DNA of 50,938 nucleotides from a virus (Duplodnaviria > Caudoviricetes), in IMG/VR virus record IMGVR_UViG_3300046740_000705, positions 1 through 50,938 of that record. The stretch is one strand, 5' to 3'. A program made the translations under genes and the position numbers. Within the stretch, counting starts at the first letter, position 1, and each line of letters opens with the position of its first letter. The notes below the pieces were generated by a model. That model was not told the DNA's origin, searched no databases, and saw only the letters and a program-made list of their open reading frames with translations. Below, piece by piece: positions 36,301 to 45,444 of the stretch.

Positions 36301-37773
36301 GCTTTTTGTCCCCATGATGTCGAGTGAGACGTTGTATTGCCGGATGCGGGCCTCGACGTCGGCCTGGCGCAGGGCCAGTAAGATGACCGACCCAACCAGC
36401 CCCACCACGGCCCCGGCCGCTAAGGTGGTCGGGGTGATCAGTTTGGTGATTGATTCTCCAAATCCCTTGAGGACCGCGCCGGCACCGCCGCCCTGCGAGA
36501 ACGCTTGCGCTATTTGCCCGCCCTGCTGGGCCAGGATGGTGAAGGGTGACTGCCCGCTCAGTAGACCAGTGGCAACGTCGTTGACCTGAAAGCCCAGGTT
36601 CGTCACGGCGGCATTAAATTGCCCGGTGCCTTTAGTAGCGGCCGCGGTCTTCTTCTCGGCGTCTGTCAGGGCCTTGTTGTGGGTGTCTGTTGCAGTGGCC
36701 GCGCCTCTTATCTTCACAATCTCTGTGGTGTAAGCGTCCTCTGCTTTGTTAAGCGCGGTACGGTGGATATCGACCCCGATCGCGCCTACCTTGAGGGCGC
36801 GGTTGATCTCCTCCTGTGCCGCTTCAAAGCGCTTCTGGGCCGCGAATAACGGGTCGTACTTCGCCTGGAGCTGATCCAGTTCGTTGCCATAGGCTTCAAT
36901 GTCGGCAGTCCGCGTCGCGGCGTCGGAACCGCCTGAGACGCCCGTCGTAGCATTGATCCGTTGCTGGATAGCCGTAGGTGCAGCCCGCTCCGCCGCTCTC
37001 TGAGCGTCGAGGGCGGCTTTCGACGCGTTTATCGCGGTGATCTGTTTTTGGTAGGCCCTGGTTTCTTTGTCGACCGCCTCAGCGTGTTCGTTCACATCGA
37101 TCGCGCCGAGCCTCAAGACCCGGTTTATCTCTGCCAGTTCCTCCTTGTGCGCCTGCTCCGCCGCGAACAGCGGGTTGTACTTGGCCCGCAGAGCGTCCAG
37201 GGATTGGCCGTAGGCCTGGATATCCTCGGCGCGTAGATCAGTCGGCGTCTTCGCCGGCGGCGGTGTCGGCCCAGCTGGCCCGCGGGTGACCCCGGTGACC
37301 CGGTTGATGCGCTCCTGCACCGCAAGGTTATCAACCAGGGCTCGGGTGTTCTCGACGGTCGCGGTGGTGCTTTTATTGAGCAGCGCCAGTCCGTCCTGCA
37401 GCTTCTTATTGACCAGCTCCAGGGCAAACGCCCGCTCGGTCGCGGTGCCGGTTTGCTCCTCCTCCATCCGGGTCAGGCGCTCGACGTCGTTGCGGTACTG
37501 CAACTGCAGCTTCGAGGCCTTGTCCATCCGCGCTATCCACCGCTCCAGCTCATTGGTGGTGGTGCGCTTGGCTTTGGTGACCCGGTCGTCGGTGGCGGCC
37601 GCGGCCACGTTGGAGGCCGCGGCTTCCTTGTTCGCGGCGGCGTTCTGTTGCGCCACCCCGGTCTGCTTCTCCATCTCAGCCGACAGCCGATTGATCGCAG
37701 ACTGCAGCTTGCCCGCGGCGTCTTCGCCTTGGACCTGCAACCTGGCAATAAAGGTGTCGACTAAGTCGGCCAC
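30319..37773 (-). CDS. Tape measure protein with embedded M15 (VanY-like) peptidase
   Basis: 2484 aa, Ala-rich helical; NLGFQVNDV..GL.SGQSPF..L.QQGGQI motif; SGFRTYEQQ...PGTSIHEKG.AADL...EPWHIE. Confidence 0.92.
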   Translation of the reverse strand: MADLVDTFIARLQVQGEDAAGKLQSAINRLSAEMEKQTGVAQQNAAANKEAAASNVAAAATDDRVTKAKRTTTNELERWIARMDKASKLQLQYRNDVERLTRMEEEQTGTATERAFALELVNKKLQDGLALLNKSTTATVENTRALVDNLAVQERINRVTGVTRGPAGPTPPPAKTPTDLRAEDIQAYGQSLDALRAKYNPLFAAEQAHKEELAEINRVLRLGAIDVNEHAEAVDKETRAYQKQITAINASKAALDAQRAAERAAPTAIQQRINATTGVSGGSDAATRTADIEAYGNELDQLQAKYDPLFAAQKRFEAAQEEINRALKVGAIGVDIHRTALNKAEDAYTTEIVKIRGAATATDTHNKALTDAEKKTAAATKGTGQFNAAVTNLGFQVNDVATGLLSGQSPFTILAQQGGQIAQAFSQGGGAGAVLKGFGESITKLITPTTLAAGAVVGLVGSVILLALRQADVEARIRQYNVSLDIMGTKSEQTAEGLEAVTRSLRDQGVEAAKAAQAINALAQTPGISPAGIGGSTGLAQLALNISGSRGTDLVAQATALGKAVSGTATDLERFNEELGVKYTDAENKAISASKLARDEQKQHGIEYQALQRTYAEANAKNKSDFQKTIDDLKKTWNEFLDEMGPPALAIIRDFFKEFNQFIKNTKHEIELLGQAYDWIKSKLPQASDPQGTGWQDAAKAQAAGARGGTDLSMPHGSLTGLKPEFAEQLQKMIADAASQGINLGISSGFRTYEQQLALYNADIAKHGGMASGMVAAPGTSIHEKGMAADLTRDPAALAWAAANAAKYGAYFPMNDPNKHPFEPWHIEMMGSRGAGSGAPSASIGLPAVPTTAADPRADQAAKGKIILDDQAARNAILADSFGKVGREAVAADARAAALTATLTMQATQAQKDAYVQNEVALALQKHDKANAVLNETERIRVAGVQATTAAYLGEGGEVAGLKAAAEAAAVLEQRAGRTTTAQMLLTASAVEAAEAGAKNVPVLGLQIAASQRLVTATEKGTAAEHEQVLANQVVTATHDALAKAVASGNPALIAQAEAITKSTSELIKRNDVLQQTYQLEQQNNQRTNQIEVLKLQAGLQFQTSEEMQRQVSLLQAKQDLEARGLTTADAIYQKTLANVDALGQQNIALAESQRAAGAINDAIKGVATTIDTTLTDSLAGAFSGQKVKDWGSTVKSTINDITKQLISGLFIKPIIGTALSAAGFGKVGADFGSIGGTFSALSSVVGGGGGGLFGGGGSSTPTEFVQKNAKGEVVGTLTSAASTVKSGGGLLGELGLGGSGSEGIFGTGGSLSGVGDFFSGGLGGIFAHAPTGADIAAGVGPVTSAPGSIFGSTTLGGFAGGVGLGFGAGSIANMLAGGNKTTGTIGSGVGALAGTAIGSLVGMPFLGGLIGGAGGGLLGGMFGGNKKPDAASGGVLNLGTGQITNVQSGGNAENDATASRIGTVLSAALTRALAIPGAKLPGGAVAIQAGSRDGIKLSFAGQEHRFQSAEEAIAAGLNALRDNLTGVSDTVQKVIHSIGDPAQIEGALAFADAYDKLAASVDNAFKDVETAAKTGPFELVKQQIDAVFAGMAQQAEQFGLAVEPVNKALEEATKRLNNDFSKAVDTAFNAATGRDFLTNVQGVIDGYEQMARDASAIGADRSIHDKLGATFNAELNTIFESLSGPQLDEVISKFGDLTNGLPDLARAAKAAAEAATALTRELDRQAAAYQIQQDFDTAAGQQFLAQLRDLDKARKAAQANAASLDLGDTRSGVIQETEHKAALTILQGLTNDQLELARKTLAELNPAFATWVDEAYGLIQASKDAADATQKQADADQRHNAILQAGLQIRQYLNAQETGQDFTSPTSRLQAARSQFQTQLGLARGGDVNALQGITGIADALKSALQGYFASAAPGAQEWEDVKAALASLPGVPDAQQTQTNAIVDAITEASTATVTGVAEATAASAQSIIGTTIATNQAIVDNARATARDIVAETGASSTRIVSVAIDTSNDIVRNAIDGSARITGATTSGAELVSGATLLVANAANSTAEAVTYGTDVSKGGTLALLASNEANSRTLIAGSKEDTENLLAQQEGNANALLAANAQQSAALVDQNIRNAAAVVSTTNATAQSIVAGNNTSAASIIDTATRNSEAVRTTANDNTAALAWTAHATSSELGARTEAASAGVAATTQAGTNAVLAKTNEQIAAIQALAGVSVGDVQVITALYNVGGWIVGDNAAWSNAIYQQIAAYGAWNTMTVDAWGNATVGTVAAWGNANIGTLNYWGQADVNYQAWAANSIVSMLAQVSNSITNSIFAADNITVGAIYGSSSNEIGATFANGNAIIGAIGSMSVGNIAATYGAANSIVAQVAAGAPDPWATRNAVYDMSRDVTWWLSNVYNRVGNVNDNEVAWSQNLWNKLNDMHYTLNVYLSKIADNTWVIREYINLLTEVTIQFDIWMAAKTDAQHDALVDIETNLRRNAFG

Positions 37774-37785
37774 AAAGCCCTCATG

Positions 37786-38306
37786 TCAGCGGCGCCGCGC
37801 CGCGGATGGTGGTGGGGAGACGGCCCGGCGGGAGAAGGCGCCGCCGATCGTCGGTGGATGGGATGGCAGGGCCTGCTGTCGCTGGGTTTCCGAATTGCTC
37901 TTCTCGCTGAGCACCGAAGCCCGCAGCATCCCCAGCTGCACTAGGGTGCGGGCCTCCCACGGCTCGATCGTCCCGACATCCATGATGACCTGCCAGGTCC
38001 GCAACGCCTCCCAGGTAAGGACCGGCGGGGCGAAACCGCTGGGCGACAGCCCCAGGCTGATTTCCTGGAACCAGGCCCACAGGTAATCGAGGACATCGGG
38101 AAATTCCGGGGCGTTGGCGTCGATCACCGTCGGCATTCGCACCGGCTGTGCCCGCCGATTGGCAGGCCGCAGCGCCGCGGGGATTTTCGCCCACTGCGCG
38201 GCGCCGGATTCCTCGTGCTCGCGCTCGGTCGAGCCGTCTACCGTTTTGCGGGAGCTTCTAAACTCGGCTTCTGCCCATTCGAGGAGATCTGCAACGAGGC
38301 CGGCGT
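37786..38306 (-). CDS. Tail assembly chaperone, -1 frame extension (gpT-like part)
   Basis: Open -1 frame from the slippery site runs into ORF 37786-38142 (YLWAWF.EI...L+W motif). Confidence 0.75.
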
Positions 38307-38711
38307 AAAATTTCCGCGGTCGACACAGAATTCGTCGACCTGGTCGCGTATCCAGCGTACCCCATCGTAGATACGGCGGGCGTTTTCCGAGTTGAAGGGC
38401 AGCTCAATCGGGAACCCGTCTAGGTCCAACAGGAACCAATTTGCCGTCAACGCGACCAGTAGATCGGTGCCCTCCGCTTCGAGTTCCTCAGGGGTGATGC
38501 GGACCCGGTTCCTGGTGTTGAGACGCCGCCGCTGAGTTTCGCGGTCGTGCCGCCGTTTGATTTCGGAGTCGGCCGAATAGAGGTCGATCCAGGCCTCTTT
38601 GCCAGTGGCGTCGCGCAGCGGCTGCAGGGTCTGGTAGTGCAACAGGGTCATCCGGGCGGGTTTTTCGACCGCAAGTGAAAGGCGCGCAAGGGCGCTATCA
38701 ACATCAGCCAT
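38238..38711 (-). CDS. Tail assembly chaperone (gpG-like)
   Basis: Between tail tube and TMP; WI..QVDEF...RGNF ending. Confidence 0.8.
   Translation of the reverse strand: MADVDSALARLSLAVEKPARMTLLHYQTLQPLRDATGKEAWIDLYSADSEIKRRHDRETQRRRLNTRNRVRITPEELEAEGTDLLVALTANWFLLDLDGFPIELPFNSENARRIYDGVRWIRDQVDEFCVDRGNFTPASLQISSNGQKPSLEAPAKR
38307..38313 (-). other. -1 programmed ribosomal frameshift heptamer A AAT TTT
   Basis: In-frame XXXYYYZ at ...GGA AAT TTT ACG. Confidence 0.78.
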
Positions 38712-38716
38712 AAAAG

Positions 38717-38753
38717 CTCCATCTCAGGGAAATGGCGCGCCTCGCGGCGGGCC
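38717..38753 (-). promoter_or_regulatory. Late-gene leader element, copy B
   Basis: GGC-C-CGCC-GCGA-GGCG-C-GCC ... UCCC...GAUGGAG. Confidence 0.7.
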
Positions 38754-38764
38754 AAGTGGCGGGT

Positions 38765-38802
38765 AAAAGAGGGGCGCGCCACCCGCCAGCGACGCGCCCC
38801 TC
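38765..38802 (-). terminator. Intrinsic terminator-like hairpin after tail tube gene
   Basis: 10-bp stem GAGGGGCGCG/CGCGCCCCTC followed by TTTT on the - strand. Confidence 0.55.
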
Positions 38803-38860
38803 GGCAGCGCTACCGTCCGCCTGCGCGGACGTCGATCCCGTGGCGGCGGGATCTGGTGGG

Positions 38861-40123
38861 TTAGACCGCCGCAGTGTCGGAGAAAGCGATCGTGGTCTGC
38901 GGCACGCCTGGCGCCGAGCCGATGTATTTGAGCGCGGTGAACGGGATGGTCAGGGTCTGGCTGGCCAACCCCTGCACCGCGACATCGGCATCCGAAAACT
39001 TGACCCGCGGCAGGTAGATTGAAGTGGCGGGGCTACCGGGCGCGTTGGTGGTCGTGAGGAACGCCAGGATGTCCACCTCATCCTCGTCGAGGAAGTTGCG
39101 GATCAAGTCGGCGTCCTCGAGCATGGCGGTCATCTGGCCCGTCACCGCGGCCGTGCCGAGGAACACCTCAGGCACGAAGTCCTGGCCCACGACCGCGTCC
39201 GAGGCCGGGGTCAGGTCCATGCTGATGTTCAACCCGGTGACGACCCCGACGACCGAGCCCGCCACCCGCAGCATGCCATTGACCGCGGCGAAAATGCCGG
39301 TAGTGGTTTCTGGGTCTGGTGTGGTGAAGAACGGGGCGTTGGTGGGCGTCGTGGAATCGTAGATCTCCATGTCCCGGCCCATCATGGGAAATTCCACGGT
39401 GGCCAGGCCCGAGGCGGGCAAGGTCAAGGTGAAGCCGCCGATCCTGCATTCCGTGAATAGCCGCGAGATGCCGATGTCCTCGTGGAACGTCTCGAGGGCG
39501 AACTTGCGGCTGACGAACCCCGTCGAGGGGATGATCAGATCGGCCCCGCTAGTGTTGAGCGTGAAGGCGAGTTCCGCGGCCATGGTCACCGGAGCCGGGA
39601 ACACGGTCACGGTTGAGTGGGTCACCCCACCAAAGGCGACGGCAATAAAATTGGTGCCGTTGTTGACCGTGCCAGGACCGGTCAGCCCGGTAAGGTGGAA
39701 GACGCTGCCGACCCGCAGCCCCAGCGCCACCGGGTCGCCGCTACCGAAGGTGAGCGTCGACGTTGCGGCGTCACCCGTGACACTGGTCAATGCCGTTGCG
39801 GTGAGCGACAGGGGTGCGCTCTTGGTGCCGCGGGTCGAGGCCTCGAAGAAGTCGAAGTAGGTGCCCGGCGAGAACTCGCCAGAAATCGACCCGGTCACCC
39901 GGCGCGTACCGTGCCGAAAGTCCACGGTTTGGCGGTCAGATCGGATTTCCGTCGCCGCATACGTATCTTTAGCGAGCTTTAGCGAGCTGCTGACCCGGCG
40001 CAGTACTTGCGCACCACTGGGACCGGGATCAGTGGAAGACACCGGCTGGCTGTTGGTCGCCATTGCGCCAGTTGCATACGCCTTGTAGCTGACTCGTGCG
40101 CTTACGCCCTCTGCGAGAGACAT
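38861..40123 (-). CDS. Major tail tube protein
   Basis: EIRSDRQ..D.RHG...V.GSI.GE.S motif; position before TAC. Confidence 0.85.
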   Translation of the reverse strand: MSLAEGVSARVSYKAYATGAMATNSQPVSSTDPGPSGAQVLRRVSSSLKLAKDTYAATEIRSDRQTVDFRHGTRRVTGSISGEFSPGTYFDFFEASTRGTKSAPLSLTATALTSVTGDAATSTLTFGSGDPVALGLRVGSVFHLTGLTGPGTVNNGTNFIAVAFGGVTHSTVTVFPAPVTMAAELAFTLNTSGADLIIPSTGFVSRKFALETFHEDIGISRLFTECRIGGFTLTLPASGLATVEFPMMGRDMEIYDSTTPTNAPFFTTPDPETTTGIFAAVNGMLRVAGSVVGVVTGLNISMDLTPASDAVVGQDFVPEVFLGTAAVTGQMTAMLEDADLIRNFLDEDEVDILAFLTTTNAPGSPATSIYLPRVKFSDADVAVQGLASQTLTIPFTALKYIGSAPGVPQTTIAFSDTAAV

Positions 40124-40130
40124 AGTTGGG

Positions 40131-40166
40131 CTCCATCGATGGGATTGGCGCGTCTCACGACGGGCC
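40131..40166 (-). promoter_or_regulatory. Late-gene leader element, copy C
   Basis: GGC-C-CGUC-GUGA-GACG-C-GCC ... UCCCAUCGAUGGAG. Confidence 0.7.
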
Positions 40167-40227
40167 GGGCGCCTTGCCCAAGGGCGGTTTGGCTAACCTC
40201 GCGCGGGCTTCACGCGAGGGATTGGGT

Positions 40228-40689
40228 TCAGCCGATTTGGTCGAAAAACAACTCCACCTCGACGGCGGCCCACCAGTAGTTGGTGACCTCTGAGGGCAGC
40301 CCTGGCGGCTTTAGTGCGGCCCCATCACCGCCGGGGAAGACGGTGGAGGCAAAGCAACTGACCTTGTCGTCCCGGTAGCTCCGATAGAGCGCGGCAGCCG
40401 TCTCGGCGATATCGGTGGCGTGGGTGACGCCCCAGCCTTTCGGGATGAAGACGAAGATGTCGAGCCGCGCCGGGTTGCGGTACCGGTTCTGGCCGCGTCC
40501 GCCGCCAAAGGCGACCATCTCACCCGGCTCGGTATCGAATTCGGTAAGGAGGAACGGCGCCGGCGTGTCGGGCAATGCCACCGCACCCAAGGAGTCCTCG
40601 TCCTCGTTTTGCCACCGCAGCGGTGGCAGGGAGGGTTCCGCCTCGAGCAGCGCCCGCAGGGCGCGGTATGCTTCGGACGTCGTCGTCAT
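40228..40689 (-). CDS. Tail terminator protein
   Basis: Size and position; W.NE...P.F...IFVF.P...G pattern. Confidence 0.7.
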   Translation of the reverse strand: MTTTSEAYRALRALLEAEPSLPPLRWQNEDEDSLGAVALPDTPAPFLLTEFDTEPGEMVAFGGGRGQNRYRNPARLDIFVFIPKGWGVTHATDIAETAAALYRSYRDDKVSCFASTVFPGGDGAALKPPGLPSEVTNYWWAAVEVELFFDQIG

Positions 40690-41348
40690 AGGTTATCGAA
40701 GAAGATCGCTGGCGCTCGCACTGGGTTGCCGATTTCCGGCCGGCGCTTGCGCAGCTTACCCATGCCGATCGAGTAATGGCTCGGAAGCTTGCCTTTGATG
40801 ATGTACGCCTGCGGCATGGTCACGTAGCCGAAGGTCAGTTTGACGGCGTTGCGGTAGCGCTCGCCGAATTGCCGGCTGACCCGTTCGTAGATCCGGTTCG
40901 GCTTGCTGACCAGGAAGTCGCGGCCGGAGGTTGTCTTGCCGACTTCGAGTCGCCGCGCATACACCAGCGGGTTGGCGATCATGATCTCTTGGCCCCGGCG
41001 GATCGGGGTGTTGAGCGGCACCGGGCGGCCGTCCAGGTAGAGCTGGTGGCCCTTCTTGTACCGGCCGCTGTCGACCGGCGAGGCGTCCTGCAGCGCCTTT
41101 AGCACGAGCCGGATGACCTCGAGGTCGTACCGGTATTTGTAGACGATCAGCCGCTGCGCTTGTTCGACCGGCCGTCCCTTAGTATCGCCGAACCCCTCCC
41201 ATTTGGGCATGTAGCCCGACCGGCGGAATTCGTTTTGCAGGATAGAGTTGTGCTCGGCTTGGGCGGCCTTGACGAACCGCCGGCGAGCCTCCTCGGTCGC
41301 TCGCGGCACGAAGAACGGCAGTTCGCGGCGGATGGCGTTCAGTGCCAC
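40686..41348 (-). CDS. Neck/tail-completion protein (HK97 gp10-like)
   Basis: SPVDSGRY...N...YARRLE.G; basic. Confidence 0.7.
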   Translation of the reverse strand: MALNAIRRELPFFVPRATEEARRRFVKAAQAEHNSILQNEFRRSGYMPKWEGFGDTKGRPVEQAQRLIVYKYRYDLEVIRLVLKALQDASPVDSGRYKKGHQLYLDGRPVPLNTPIRRGQEIMIANPLVYARRLEVGKTTSGRDFLVSKPNRIYERVSRQFGERYRNAVKLTFGYVTMPQAYIIKGKLPSHYSIGMGKLRKRRPEIGNPVRAPAIFFDNL

Positions 41349-41351
41349 GGT

Positions 41352-41705
41352 TCAGCCCTTCGCGTGCACCACGTAGGCGATCAAGTCGGGACCGACCGCC
41401 CGCGTGGCATTATCCGGGAAATTAATCGCCAGTTCGCGGGTCCCGAAGATCAGCTTGTCGCCCGTCGTGATCGGCAGGGTAAAGCCACCCGCCACCAGGT
41501 CTTCGACCAGGATCACCGCCAGGAAGTCGAAGGTCATGACATCGCCGATCAGAGCGCCTGCGGCCGCTCCCCGCACCCGTGCGCGACAGGGGGTGTCGGC
41601 AAATGTCCGGTTCGGACCCGCCGGGCCGGTGAAGCGACGGATCGCCACCTGGTGCGTCAGGTTGCGGCGATAGGTCGACCGCGCCTGCTCTGCGGTGATC
41701 GTCAT
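41352..41705 (-). CDS. Head closure protein
   Basis: Position after connector; ATGA coupling. Confidence 0.65.
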   Translation of the reverse strand: MTITAEQARSTYRRNLTHQVAIRRFTGPAGPNRTFADTPCRARVRGAAAGALIGDVMTFDFLAVILVEDLVAGGFTLPITTGDKLIFGTRELAINFPDNATRAVGPDLIAYVVHAKG

Positions 41706-42355
41706 AGGAACCACAGCCGATAGGATTGCAGCCAGAAGCAGATTTCGGGCGGCGGCCGGCTGTCGCTGTAGCTGCTGCCGCTCGAGGCACTGTCGTTCTG
41801 GTACACAACCGAAATGACGTCGGGGATCGTCTCGCTGCGCAGTGCCGGGTCGCGGCCTTTGGCCATCCAGCGCGTGTTGAGCCACTGCAAGGCCCCGGCC
41901 TTAACATCCGCCGGTATCGGCTCGAACCCGCCCGTGTAGTCGAACAGCACCAAATTGCCGCCCCAGGCCGCGATCATGTTGGTTTGCAGCCGGTAGATGG
42001 CGCCGTTCTCGGCGTCGACCTCGTATTGATCAGCCCCGAGGACAACCCCGTCTTCGGTTACCACCAGCGTGTCGGTATCGATCGGCGGTTGCCGGACCCG
42101 CAGCGGTTGGCCAGGGTTCAGCCAGCTGGAGAGCTGTCGACCTTGATCTTGGTAGACCTGCTGCGGGAAGATCCGATTGCAGTAATTGTTGATGGCAGCG
42201 CTGATCGCGTTGATCTGGGCGGTTAGAGCGACGTCGCTGCTAGTGTCGGCCGGATCGATGCCCAAGGCCGCCTTGACTTCTTCCAAGGTCACCAGGGCCA
42301 TGTCGGTGGCCGGCGTGACGACCCGCGTGATCCGATAATTGGGGTTGGTCGCCAT
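41702..42355 (-). CDS. Head-tail connector (gp6-like)
   Basis: LVTLEEVKAALGI...D..L...I.A.S..I.NYCNR...YTGGF..IPADV..G. Confidence 0.85.
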   Translation of the reverse strand: MATNPNYRITRVVTPATDMALVTLEEVKAALGIDPADTSSDVALTAQINAISAAINNYCNRIFPQQVYQDQGRQLSSWLNPGQPLRVRQPPIDTDTLVVTEDGVVLGADQYEVDAENGAIYRLQTNMIAAWGGNLVLFDYTGGFEPIPADVKAGALQWLNTRWMAKGRDPALRSETIPDVISVVYQNDSASSGSSYSDSRPPPEICFWLQSYRLWFL

Positions 42356-43434
42356 TAGGCGCGCTCAAGGTGGTACTGCTCGAACAACTGCCGCAGGTCG
42401 AGCGGTGGCCCGAGGCTGCCATCCGACATGATCGGCAGGGCGCGAAAATCGTCCGTGGTGGCCCAGTCGACGATCGAGAGGGTCGCCGGCCCCGGCGGGC
42501 CGCGCTCGCCCTTTTCGCCGGCCTTGCCGCGGCTGCCGCGGACGGCCGCCATCGCCCACCCCGCACCCGGAATCGCGCCGGGGTCATCTTCCTTGGCGCG
42601 CCACTCGGAGCCGTTGAAGGTCACGATATCGAATTTCCGGTAGAGCTGATCCGCCCGGTATAGACCGCAGACCTCACCGACATATGGCGCGTCACCCGGT
42701 GGCCCCGGCGGGCCGGGGGGACCAACATCCCCTGGTTCGCCGGGTGGGCCAGTAATGGCCTCCCCTGGGGCACCCCGTTCCCCAGGTTCACCGGGCGGCC
42801 CTGGTGGCGCGGGAGGAATTAACGCCACCGCGGCCTCGATCAGTCGGGCAATCACAGCGTCGTCGGGTGGCGGGCCCGGCGGTCCGGTAATGCTGTCACC
42901 GGGAGGTCCCGGTGGGCCGGGCGGACCGGGCTCCGCCGGCGGCATCAGGGAGGGCAGCAGTCTCAGCACCGCATCCGCGGCGATCCGGTCAATAACGGCG
43001 TTATCGGGCGTCGGTCCTGGGGGCCCTGGCGGGCCTTCGATAGCTTCCCCTGGCGGCCCCGGCGGGCCCGGCTCCGGCGCCGGCAATTGCGCCATGGCAT
43101 AGTCGAGAAACTGCAGCAAGGTTGCCGCGTCGGGCGCCGGTCCGGGTGGGCCTGGCGGCCCCTCGATGCTGTCGCCGGGCGGTCCTGGCGGACCGACGAC
43201 GCTGTCGCCGGGCGGCCCCGGTGGGCCCGGTGGGCCGTTCTCCAGGGCGGCCAGCCGGGTATTGATCAGGCGTTCGTAGTACAGCTGGATTTCGGCGTGC
43301 TTGGCCCGATACTCCGCCCGCATTTCAGCGACGGCGGACGTATACGCACGTTCCAGATCGCGCTCGATGCGAGCGACGATCAAGCCAAGCTCTTCTGCTG
43401 CTGCTATCTCAAGCGGCGAAACGGTGGCGGTCAT
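42355..43434 (-). CDS. Collagen-like (GPP repeat) virion protein with C-terminal aromatic beta module
   Basis: Multiple (GPP)n tracts; [16 protein letters not shown]; start at ATG 43434. Confidence 0.8.
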   Translation of the reverse strand: MTATVSPLEIAAAEELGLIVARIERDLERAYTSAVAEMRAEYRAKHAEIQLYYERLINTRLAALENGPPGPPGPPGDSVVGPPGPPGDSIEGPPGPPGPAPDAATLLQFLDYAMAQLPAPEPGPPGPPGEAIEGPPGPPGPTPDNAVIDRIAADAVLRLLPSLMPPAEPGPPGPPGPPGDSITGPPGPPPDDAVIARLIEAAVALIPPAPPGPPGEPGERGAPGEAITGPPGEPGDVGPPGPPGPPGDAPYVGEVCGLYRADQLYRKFDIVTFNGSEWRAKEDDPGAIPGAGWAMAAVRGSRGKAGEKGERGPPGPATLSIVDWATTDDFRALPIMSDGSLGPPLDLRQLFEQYHLERA

Positions 43435-44797
43435 AGCTCGATCGGATCGTGGAGCGGAAAGCGGCCGTGCCGCCGTCGGCCGGGGCCGGGGGCGGCGCGT
43501 CGGGGGCCGGGGGCGCCGGGGTATTCGGTGGCGCTTTGTCCCAGGCACTAAGCGGGACGACCTGCTGCTGCACGCGGGGTTCGTCGCCGAACTTAACGGC
43601 CGAGTACTCTTCGCGGGCGCGGGCCTCGTTGGGGCTGAAGATGCCACCTTGGACCCCTCTGACGAGGCCCTCGATCCTGTCCTTAAAATTGGCGCGCAAC
43701 AGCGCCTCGAGGTCGAGTTCGAGGTAGTCATCAGGCCAGCCGGCGAGGGCGAAGAGCCGGCCGAAACCATCTTCGATATGGTTGGCGGAAAAGCCCAAAC
43801 CGGTGCTGACCCAGAATTCCATATGGCTCTGCGTGGCGCCCTGCGGGGCCGCACCGTCCATCAGCGACAGGAGGGGCAATGGCACCCGATACGCGGTGGC
43901 GATGCGCTGGTCAGATATCCGCAGCACCTCTGCCAGTTGCGCGTCGCGGCTGGTGACGGCCGACGCAACCCACTTGAGGCCCTGCGACAGAACCGGTGTC
44001 CCGCCGGCATTGACGCCTTGGGTCTGCTTGTTCCACTGGGCGCGGATTTGCTCGGCGGCCTCTTCGTTGAATTCCTGATCGCCGTGGATGACGCCGCTCG
44101 GTCGCCCCTGGTTCTTCGCGTACGCCAGAGCCTGCCCGATCAACTCCCGCGACACCGCCTCCTCGAGCAAGGCCGACTCCAACGGCGGTACGCCGATTAG
44201 CGGGTTGCGCTTGTCCGGTAGCCGGATATGCAGGACATCGCGTGCCGGCACTGCGTTGAGCGCGGACGGATTGCCGGCGAACAGTCGCTCGACGATCTGA
44301 TTGCCACCGAGCGTGTAGAATAGCTCACCGCTCTGGGCGACCCGCGGCCAACTGCGGCGCGGATCCATCAGGTGAATTTCGGATATCTCGAAGCGGGCAT
44401 TGCGCAGCGCCAGGCCAAAGGCCTCGCCCTCGCCATAGAGACAGTCGGTCAGGTAGAGGAAGAAGTCGGAGGGGGATTGGTAGGTGTTGGGCTTGCGCAG
44501 GATGCGCGACAGCGCCGAGGTCGACACCCGGACGCGGCCGCCCCTCCCGTCGGATTGCCAGTGGGTGCCTGGGCACATGGCGATCGTCTGCGCATAGGCG
44601 GCGCGGCAGGCGTAGACGACGGCAGACCCGCCGTAAGGGAGCGGGTCGTAGCCGTGCTGCCAATAATTGATCGGCCAGCTGGTCGGGATCAGGCCGCCAC
44701 CCAGGGCCAGCTGGTAGGCCGACTGTTTGGCGACCGGACGGAAGACGCGATTAACCGCGCCGACCGCCCGCCGGACCAGAGAGGTTGATGCCGGCAC
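43409..44797 (-). CDS. Portal protein (HK97 family)
   Basis: AVVYAC...L..PN.YQS..DF...L..GEAF...DVLHIR...GVPPL...IA.AYRVP...SPNEARARE. Confidence 0.93.
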   Translation of the reverse strand: MPASTSLVRRAVGAVNRVFRPVAKQSAYQLALGGGLIPTSWPINYWQHGYDPLPYGGSAVVYACRAAYAQTIAMCPGTHWQSDGRGGRVRVSTSALSRILRKPNTYQSPSDFFLYLTDCLYGEGEAFGLALRNARFEISEIHLMDPRRSWPRVAQSGELFYTLGGNQIVERLFAGNPSALNAVPARDVLHIRLPDKRNPLIGVPPLESALLEEAVSRELIGQALAYAKNQGRPSGVIHGDQEFNEEAAEQIRAQWNKQTQGVNAGGTPVLSQGLKWVASAVTSRDAQLAEVLRISDQRIATAYRVPLPLLSLMDGAAPQGATQSHMEFWVSTGLGFSANHIEDGFGRLFALAGWPDDYLELDLEALLRANFKDRIEGLVRGVQGGIFSPNEARAREEYSAVKFGDEPRVQQQVVPLSAWDKAPPNTPAPPAPDAPPPAPADGGTAAFRSTIRSSYDRHRFAA

Positions 44798-44803
44798 CGG
44801 GGG

Positions 44804-45367
44804 TTACGACCGGCCCCGGCGCGCCCCGATGGGGTTGATCGTAATGGCGTTCGATGCCGGCGCCGCGGTTGTACCAAGCGTGTTGGTGGCGCTTACGATG
44901 CAGGTAATGCTCTTCCCGACATCTTCCGCCTCGACAATGTAGGTATCCCCGCCAGTGTCAGCCTTGACGTTTTCTCCGTCGGCTTGCCACTGGTAGGCGT
45001 AGTTCGCCACGTCTTGCTGCATGCCGCTCCAATTGCCCTTGGTGCAGGTCAATGTCTCGCCCACCGTGCCGCTGCCTTGAAGGTGGGGCACATCTTTGTT
45101 TTCTGGCGCCCCTGGCTGGGGCAGTGCCGGGCCCCCATCAACATGCGGTTCCGCTCTCTTCAGCAGTACGTTTTGGGCGCGGGTCGACGGCATCTCCGGG
45201 ACATCCGGATTGGCCTTATCGTCGACGTGCATTAGCCCGTGACGCATCAGATCTAGTTCTTCTTGGGTTGGCACCGGCACGCTTAGGGCCGTTACCCTTA
45301 GGGTCTGGTCCGTCAATTGTTGCCGCGCCTCTTGTTCGGCCCGGTATTCTGCCTCCGTCATCGCCAT
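44804..45367 (-). CDS. Head-associated protein with C-terminal Ig-like domain
   Basis: P.L.G...VGETLTC..G.W....YAYQW..DG......TY....DVG..ITC.V.ATN..G. Confidence 0.7.
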   Translation of the reverse strand: MAMTEAEYRAEQEARQQLTDQTLRVTALSVPVPTQEELDLMRHGLMHVDDKANPDVPEMPSTRAQNVLLKRAEPHVDGGPALPQPGAPENKDVPHLQGSGTVGETLTCTKGNWSGMQQDVANYAYQWQADGENVKADTGGDTYIVEAEDVGKSITCIVSATNTLGTTAAPASNAITINPIGARRGRS

Positions 45368-45385
45368 CGCCCTCTCCCTTTGTAA

Positions 45386-45417
45386 CAAGCCCGCCGAGGG
45401 TTTCCTCAGCGGGCTTG
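45386..45417 (-). terminator. Strong hairpin downstream of capsid gene (terminator or stabiliser; weak U-tract)
   Basis: 14-bp stem CAAGCCCGCTGAGG/CCTCGGCGGGCTTG with one G-U pair on the - strand. Confidence 0.5.
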
Positions 45418-45444
45418 CGCCAGGTGTATCGTCGCTTCAAATCA

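Noticed and set aside
43435-43854. N-terminal extension of the collagen-like ORF
   Set aside because: Overlaps the portal gene out of frame; ATG at 43434 gives a sensible start
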